Shown in pieces: positions 58,275 to 64,000 of a stretch of 64,000 nucleotides of DNA. Position 1 is the first letter of the stretch. Each line of letters opens with the position of its first letter. The position numbers and the translations under genes are program-made. Origin of the DNA: Polyangiaceae bacterium (GTDB taxonomy: Bacteria > Myxococcota_A > Polyangia > Polyangiales > Polyangiaceae); contig JBNKBE010000005.1 of the NCBI GenBank assembly GCA_050287085.1, positions 32,001 through 96,000 on the forward strand, written 5' to 3'. The notes beneath the pieces were generated by a model, which made no database searches, had not been told where the DNA came from, and saw only the letters and a program-made list of their open reading frames with translations.

Positions 58275-61200
58275 CGGCACACGCGGATTTCGATGCGCTG
58301 CGGATACCGCTCAAAGGTTGCGCTTTGGTCGATGCAAGCGCTGGTACCGGAAAGACGTACGCGATTACGACACTGGTCGTAAGACTGCTCGTCGAGAACG
58401 AGCTGACCGTCGACCGCATACTCATTGTGACGTTCACGGAAGCCGCGACAGGAGAGCTGCGCGGCCGCGTACGAGAACGCATTCGCTCCGCGGTGGAAGC
58501 GTTTGCCCCCGCCCCCACAAACTCTGGAGACGACGCCCTCGACGCCTACGTGCTGGAATACGAACGCCGCTTCGGCACAGAGGCGCGGAGGCGCGCGGAA
58601 CTGCGGCTACGCGACGCCCTAGCCAGCATTGACCAGGCTGCTATCTCGACCATCCACGGCTTTTGCTACCAGGTCTTGCGCCGCGCCGCTTTCGTCACCG
58701 GCATTCCTTTTGACTGCGAAATCGCGCAGACCGACCGCGCCGAGCTACGCCAACTGGTCGACGACTTGTGGAGCGAAACGTTGTTTCAAGCTTCGCCTGG
58801 CGAAGCGGAACGGTTGTTTGGCAAGAGTGACCCGCGACGGGCCTTGCAGCGCCTCATCGACCAACTCAACAAGAACCCAGAGCTCCTTCTCGTGCCTGAT
58901 GCGCCCACGCGCCCCGAGCACATGGCGCCAATACGAGAGGCCTACTACGCCACGCGGGCGCTCTGGAACGGCCCCCGCATCCTTGAGCTCCTTCAGCGGG
59001 ACGCTCGCCCACGCGAGAACGACAAGCGTCAACGGCTGTGGCAAAGCGTCTCGGACTACTTGGCCCCAAGCGAGCCCCAATCTGAGAGCTTCACAAAGAA
59101 GACCCCGCAAAAGAATCTGCGCGCCGTCGTCAAACAGATTTCGCCCCAGGCTCACGACGATTCTGCCGTCGAGAGTTGGTGTTCTGCTGCGTCGGAGTTG
59201 GCGCGCCGCCTCGAGGGCTATTCACAAGAAACCAGCGACCTGCTCTTAGCTATCAAGCACGAGGCCGCCAAACGGGCCCTCGCGCCGCGGCCTGCGACCT
59301 CGGCCCAAACGCTGACCTTTGACGCCCTGCTTCAGACGCTACGCGACGCCCTATTCGGCCCCGGCGGAGATGCTCTCACCGCGGTGCTTCAAGCCGAGTT
59401 TGGCGCCGCTCTGGTGGACGAGTTTCAGGACACCGATCCCACCCAATTTTCCATCTTCCAACGCGCCTTCGGCTCGGGACGGATGCCCTTCTTCCTGATT
59501 GGTGACCCCAAGCAAGCGATCTACGCGTTCCGAGGAGCGGATGTATTTGCCTATCTGAAGGCTGCCCGAGACCTAGAGGGCGAACGCTACACCATGACCA
59601 CCAACTGGCGCTCCGACCCCGCGCTAGTTAACGCCGTTAACATCGTCTTTTCACACCGGGAAGAGGCTCGGGCTCCCTTTGTCATTCCGCAGATTCAATA
59701 CCCGAAAGTGCAGCCGCGACCTGGCGCCCTCGATCAGTTCGTCGGCGGCGAGAGCGTCGGGAACGCTGCCTTTGACGTATTGTTGCTGCGCTCCCAGGGA
59801 CGCCTCCCCCGAGAGCTCAAGACGCCAGCCCTGAGCGCAAGAGCGACGGAGGCCACCGCCGCAGACATAGCCCGACTGCTCAGCAGTCCCGTCAGGATCG
59901 CAGGCCAGATCGTGCGCCCGGAACAGATCGCGGTCTTGGCGCGCACCAATCAGCAATGCTTCGACCTGCAGCTACAACTACGAAAACGGGGTGTCCCCTC
60001 GGTGGTGATGGGCGACAAGAACGTCTTCGAGACCCATGAGGCCGACGAACTCCTGACGCTATTTGATGCGCTGCTCGAGCCCACCCATGGCACCTACCTA
60101 CGGCGGGCGCTCGCAACCGACCTGCTTGGATTTGACGCCTCCCAGCTGGCAGCGCTCGAGGAGCACTCGGACGACTGGGAAGTATGGGTCGATCGCTTTC
60201 GGCGCCTTCACGTCCTGTGGGCGAGTAGGGGGTTTGTGCAGATGTTCCGGCAGCTCATGGCGGAGACGCAAATCGCGCCCCGCCTGCTGCGCCTGCTCGA
60301 CGGCGAACGACGCATGACCAATCTGTTGCACCTGACGGAGCTACTATTCGTGGCGGCCCGAAGCGCTCACCTTGGGCCAGCCGCGCTCGCCTTCTGGCTC
60401 CGCGACGAGCGCTTCAACATCCGTGAAGGCCGAGATACGAGCAGCGAGCAGATTGAGCTTCGCTTGGAAAGCGACGACGCGGCCGTCAAGCTCACCACGA
60501 TTCACAAGTCCAAAGGACTCGAGTTTGACGTCGTCTATTGCCCCTACCTGTGGGACGGCAAACTGCTGCACAGAGGCGAGACAAGCCAGCCCAAGTTTCA
60601 CGACGAAGAGGGGCGAGCGTGCATCGACCTGGGTTCCGACCAGATGGAGCCCCACAAGAACCTGGCGAAACACGAGGCGCTCGCGGAGAACCTTCGACTG
60701 CTCTACGTGGCGCTGACGCGCGCACGGCACCGTTGTACCGTCTGCTGGGCTCCCGCAGAAAGTGCCGATACGAGTGCGCTCGCCTACCTGCTCGGGCTCG
60801 ATCAGCCACTGGACTCCGGCGCAGAAGACTGTCACGTCGCGTGCTGGAATGCACTTGCGGCGACCAGCCGGGGAGCCATCGGAACCCGTGACGCCCTGTC
60901 CGAGGACGACGACGCTCGGTACGCTTTCGAGGACCAAGACAAGACTACGGGACCGGCTCGAACACTTCGAGAAGCGCTGAGCGCCTGGTGGCGCACCACG
61001 AGCTTCACGGCGCTAACCCGTCACGACGAGGCCCATTGGGGTTCGCTGCGGCGCCGCCCCGAGCGCGACCTTGACAACACAAGCAACGCCGCCGCTGCAG
61101 ACCCAGAGAAGGACTCCGCGGTCGCCCCTGCCATCACCCTTCAGGCCTTCCCCCGCGGCGCTGCAGCCGGCACCTGCTACCATGACCTGTTGGAACAAAT

Positions 61201-61873
61201 CGACTTTGATGAGGCGACTCAATGGGAGACCCAAGTGGCGCTCCAGCTACAGCGCCACGGCTTTCAGGAAGACTTGGCGCCAGCACTCCTGCTCTCGCTC
61301 CAGGAGATCACCGGTACCCCGCTTCGAGACGATGGTACCTTGCGGCTTTGTGACCTTCCGCGCGCAAATACGGTGCGCGAGCTGGAGTTTCATTTACCGC
61401 TTGCGGACTCAGGGGGCCTGTCCGCACTCGAACTCAGCCGAGCGCTGGGCAGCGCCCCGAGCGCAGGTCTGCCGGACGACTACCCCCAAGCCGTCGCCCA
61501 GCTCGGTTTCGAGCAGCTCCACGGCTTTCTCAAAGGTTATGTCGACCTGATCTTTGAACACGACGAGCGCTTTTATGTCGTGGACTACAAGACCAATCAT
61601 CTGGGTGAGCTGCGCAGTCAGTATGACCCAAGTGCTATGCAGCAGGTGATGTGTGAGTCTCACTACCATCTCCAATATCACCTATACGTCTTAGCACTGC
61701 ATCGACACCTTCAAAGGCGCATCAAGGACTACGACTACGAGCGCCACTTTGGTGGCGTCTACTATCTGTTCCTCAAGGGCATGCACCCCGAAGATGAACA
61801 GTCGGGCATCTTCTTCGACCGTCCGCCAGCGCGTCGCATGACAGCGCTCGACGCCCTCTTTCTCGCGGTATAG
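58271..61873 (+). CDS. recB: Exodeoxyribonuclease V beta subunit (helicase-nuclease)
   Basis: ASAGTGKT, VTFTEAAT, TIHGFC, DEFQDTD, IGDPKQAIYAFRGAD, TIHKSKGLE, LYVALTRA, and nuclease motif GYVDL...VDYKTN. Confidence 0.98.
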   Translation: MTAHADFDALRIPLKGCALVDASAGTGKTYAITTLVVRLLVENELTVDRILIVTFTEAATGELRGRVRERIRSAVEAFAPAPTNSGDDALDAYVLEYERRFGTEARRRAELRLRDALASIDQAAISTIHGFCYQVLRRAAFVTGIPFDCEIAQTDRAELRQLVDDLWSETLFQASPGEAERLFGKSDPRRALQRLIDQLNKNPELLLVPDAPTRPEHMAPIREAYYATRALWNGPRILELLQRDARPRENDKRQRLWQSVSDYLAPSEPQSESFTKKTPQKNLRAVVKQISPQAHDDSAVESWCSAASELARRLEGYSQETSDLLLAIKHEAAKRALAPRPATSAQTLTFDALLQTLRDALFGPGGDALTAVLQAEFGAALVDEFQDTDPTQFSIFQRAFGSGRMPFFLIGDPKQAIYAFRGADVFAYLKAARDLEGERYTMTTNWRSDPALVNAVNIVFSHREEARAPFVIPQIQYPKVQPRPGALDQFVGGESVGNAAFDVLLLRSQGRLPRELKTPALSARATEATAADIARLLSSPVRIAGQIVRPEQIAVLARTNQQCFDLQLQLRKRGVPSVVMGDKNVFETHEADELLTLFDALLEPTHGTYLRRALATDLLGFDASQLAALEEHSDDWEVWVDRFRRLHVLWASRGFVQMFRQLMAETQIAPRLLRLLDGERRMTNLLHLTELLFVAARSAHLGPAALAFWLRDERFNIREGRDTSSEQIELRLESDDAAVKLTTIHKSKGLEFDVVYCPYLWDGKLLHRGETSQPKFHDEEGRACIDLGSDQMEPHKNLAKHEALAENLRLLYVALTRARHRCTVCWAPAESADTSALAYLLGLDQPLDSGAEDCHVACWNALAATSRGAIGTRDALSEDDDARYAFEDQDKTTGPARTLREALSAWWRTTSFTALTRHDEAHWGSLRRRPERDLDNTSNAAAADPEKDSAVAPAITLQAFPRGAAAGTCYHDLLEQIDFDEATQWETQVALQLQRHGFQEDLAPALLLSLQEITGTPLRDDGTLRLCDLPRANTVRELEFHLPLADSGGLSALELSRALGSAPSAGLPDDYPQAVAQLGFEQLHGFLKGYVDLIFEHDERFYVVDYKTNHLGELRSQYDPSAMQQVMCESHYHLQYHLYVLALHRHLQRRIKDYDYERHFGGVYYLFLKGMHPEDEQSGIFFDRPPARRMTALDALFLAV

Positions 61874-61880
61874 GAGCCTC

Positions 61881-63770
61881 GTGAACCCCTCTCGCTTGCC
61901 ACCAGCCGCAGAAGCCCATCTTGGTCCGCTGCTCGCAGCGGCCGTGCTAAGTCCACTGGACTATCAGCTCGCCTCGACGCTGCTGGCCCGAGGTCGAGAG
62001 GAGCGCCCGGAGGTGGCCCTTGCCATCGCCTTCACGAGCCGTCAACTACGCTTGGGTCACGTATGCCTAGATCTTAGGAGTGGCAGCTTTCTCGCGGAGG
62101 GTGCGATCGCCCCCGAGGTCGACCTAACCGGACTACCTCCGCTAGGGCAGTGGCTCGCAGCCCTGCGTACAAGCCCTCTCGTAGGCCCTATAGAAGGCTC
62201 CGCAACACCTCTGGTGCTGGACACCGAAGGGCGCCTTTACCTGGCTCGCTACGCTCGCTACGAAAGCAGGTTGGCAACGCAGGTCCTCGCCCGACTGGGT
62301 TCACCCGCAGCCGCCGATCCGACGATCAAAGCGGCGTTGCTGCGGCTATTCCCGCAGACTGCCCGTGGCGGCACGAATCTCCAGCGCCTTGCTGCGCTGA
62401 CTGCGGCACATGGCGCACTGACCATCATTAGCGGGGGGCCCGGCACTGGCAAAACCTACACGGTGGCGCGCTTGTTGGCGCTTCTGGTGGAAAGCTGTCA
62501 GCAAAGAACAACGCTCCGCATTCATCTAGTCGCTCCGACCGGCAAGGCCGCCCAGCGGCTCGGCGAATCGATGGCCGCAACGGTTAGCAGTCCATCCTTC
62601 GCGGTGGACGACGAGGTCCGCCGGGCACTCGACATCACCCCCACTACCGTACACCGCCTACTCGGATATCAGCCGCGCACCCCTACCCGCTTCCGTTACA
62701 ACAGCGACAACCCAATACCCGCCGATATCGTATTGGTTGACGAGGCCTCTATGGTTGACGTCGCGCTGATGAGCAAACTCGTAGACGCCATTCCACTTGA
62801 CGCAAAGTTGATCCTTCTGGGCGATAAGGACCAGCTCGCGAGCGTAGAAGCTGGAGCCATTCTGGGCGACATGTGCCAAGGACATTCGGGACAGTACTCA
62901 TCGCACTTTGCCCAATACGTGGCCGCGATGACGGGTGACACCATCCCTTCGAGCCCCGAGCTTCCGGCGGGTGGGCTGGCGGATTGCATCGTGCAGCTCA
63001 CCGAGAGCCGACGCTACAGCAGCACTAGCGGCATTGGCCGTTTGGCGAATGCCATCAACCGTGGAAGCCCCGGCGACGCCTTGGCAGCCGTGCATGAGTC
63101 CGACGACATTGCTCTTTGCACGAACGCCGAGGCTGAACGTCTCCCACCCGAGCTCGCCCAGATGGTGCTCGGCGCCTTCGCCGGCTACCGTGGAGCTGCG
63201 GTCGAAACGCGGCTGAAGATGCTTCAACGCCTCGGTCTTCTCTGTGCTCATCGACGCGGACGTTTCGGCGTGGACACCTACAACCGAGCGATTGAGAAGC
63301 TTCTTGCTGCTAATGCTGAACTGCTCCTCGACACAGAGTTCTACGACGGCCGTCCTGTCATGATCACCGAAAACGACTACGGCCAGGAGTTGTTCAACGG
63401 CGATATCGGCGTAGTGGCCCACGAAGCGACGAGCGGGCGCCGGCGGGTGTTCTTCCCTCGTGGCGATGGAAGCCTGCGCTGGCTCTCACCCTCGCGCTTG
63501 CCCCCGCATGAGACTGTGTTCGCCATGACCGTACACAAGAGCCAGGGGTCGGAATACGATGAGGTGGCCCTGGTGCTGCCCGCGGAAGCATCTCCCATCG
63601 TCACGCGTGAACTCGTCTACACCGGCCTGACACGTGCCCGGTACCGGGTTGCGTTGTTTGCTGACGAGGCGCTCCTACGAAGTGCCATCGCCAAGCACAT
63701 CGCGCGAGCTTCGGGCCTCGGGGACCGCCTGTGGCCGCGCCAATTCTCGGCGCCCGCGGCCAAAGTGTGA
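61881..63770 (+). CDS. recD: Exodeoxyribonuclease V alpha subunit
   Basis: GGPGTGKT, APTGKAA, TVHRLLG, VDEASMVD, GDKDQLASVEAG, NGDIG, AMTVHKSQGSE, RELVYTGLTRA. Confidence 0.98.
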   Translation: MNPSRLPPAAEAHLGPLLAAAVLSPLDYQLASTLLARGREERPEVALAIAFTSRQLRLGHVCLDLRSGSFLAEGAIAPEVDLTGLPPLGQWLAALRTSPLVGPIEGSATPLVLDTEGRLYLARYARYESRLATQVLARLGSPAAADPTIKAALLRLFPQTARGGTNLQRLAALTAAHGALTIISGGPGTGKTYTVARLLALLVESCQQRTTLRIHLVAPTGKAAQRLGESMAATVSSPSFAVDDEVRRALDITPTTVHRLLGYQPRTPTRFRYNSDNPIPADIVLVDEASMVDVALMSKLVDAIPLDAKLILLGDKDQLASVEAGAILGDMCQGHSGQYSSHFAQYVAAMTGDTIPSSPELPAGGLADCIVQLTESRRYSSTSGIGRLANAINRGSPGDALAAVHESDDIALCTNAEAERLPPELAQMVLGAFAGYRGAAVETRLKMLQRLGLLCAHRRGRFGVDTYNRAIEKLLAANAELLLDTEFYDGRPVMITENDYGQELFNGDIGVVAHEATSGRRRVFFPRGDGSLRWLSPSRLPPHETVFAMTVHKSQGSEYDEVALVLPAEASPIVTRELVYTGLTRARYRVALFADEALLRSAIAKHIARASGLGDRLWPRQFSAPAAKV

Positions 63771-63785
63771 ATAACTCGGGCCTCT

Positions 63786-63850
63786 GCTCATAGGTGCACT
63801 GCGCTCATAGGTGCACTGCGCTCATAGGTGCACTGCGCTCATAGGTGCAC
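63786..63850. repeat. Perfect 17-bp tandem repeat, 3.8 copies (VNTR-like)
   Basis: (gctcataggtgcactgc)x3 plus gctcataggtgcac, starting 16 nt after the recD stop. Confidence 0.95.
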
Positions 63851-64000
63851 GGCACAGCGAAACAACCAAACGGGCTGCTCGGTCAGATTGCGAAAGACAC
63901 GCCCAGTCCCAGGCTCACAGTTCTCGGCCAAACCAGGTTCACGCGGCGTGCCGCGCTCGTCGCGCAGGGCGCCAGAGATCACCCACGAGCAGGCTCGCAG

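Noticed and set aside
63786..63850. CRISPR array
   Set aside because: Units are 17 bp and contiguous with no spacers; no cas genes in the window.
1..64000. Prophage, IS element, integrase or defence system
   Set aside because: No transposase, integrase, phage structural or recognisable defence genes found by eye.

Overview
GC-rich (roughly 65% by eye) chromosomal segment, most likely from a myxobacterium (Myxococcota, Polyangiaceae/Sorangiineae-like). This is inferred from a MYXO-CTERM protein, a DUF1552/DUF1592 pair, DAG-repeat lipoproteins and PEGA-kinase, FHA and PilZ proteins. Housekeeping content: alternative complex III (actA-actB-actC, truncated), an RpoD-like alternative sigma factor, rpmI-rplT-pheS, sucCD-ndk, dapD, aguBA, tsaD, archaeal/eukaryotic-type proS and recCBD. 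The middle holds mostly uncharacterised envelope and signalling genes: WcaJ/WecG, PilZ-TPR/HEAT-lipoprotein, CBM11-like/DUF1592/DUF1552, three GT-C-type glycosyltransferases, LysM-DUF58-BatA and two methyltransferases. The most notable observations are: a FlhG/MinD-J-domain-HTH fusion with degenerate catalytic motifs; a probable pseudokinase; a sigma factor with a natural Q437H-equivalent change; a clamp-binding-like QLNLF motif inserted in RecC; two pseudogenes split across frames or stops; and several short tandem duplications. No rRNA, tRNA, CRISPR array or mobile element was recognised. All family assignments come from motif recognition by eye, not database searches.
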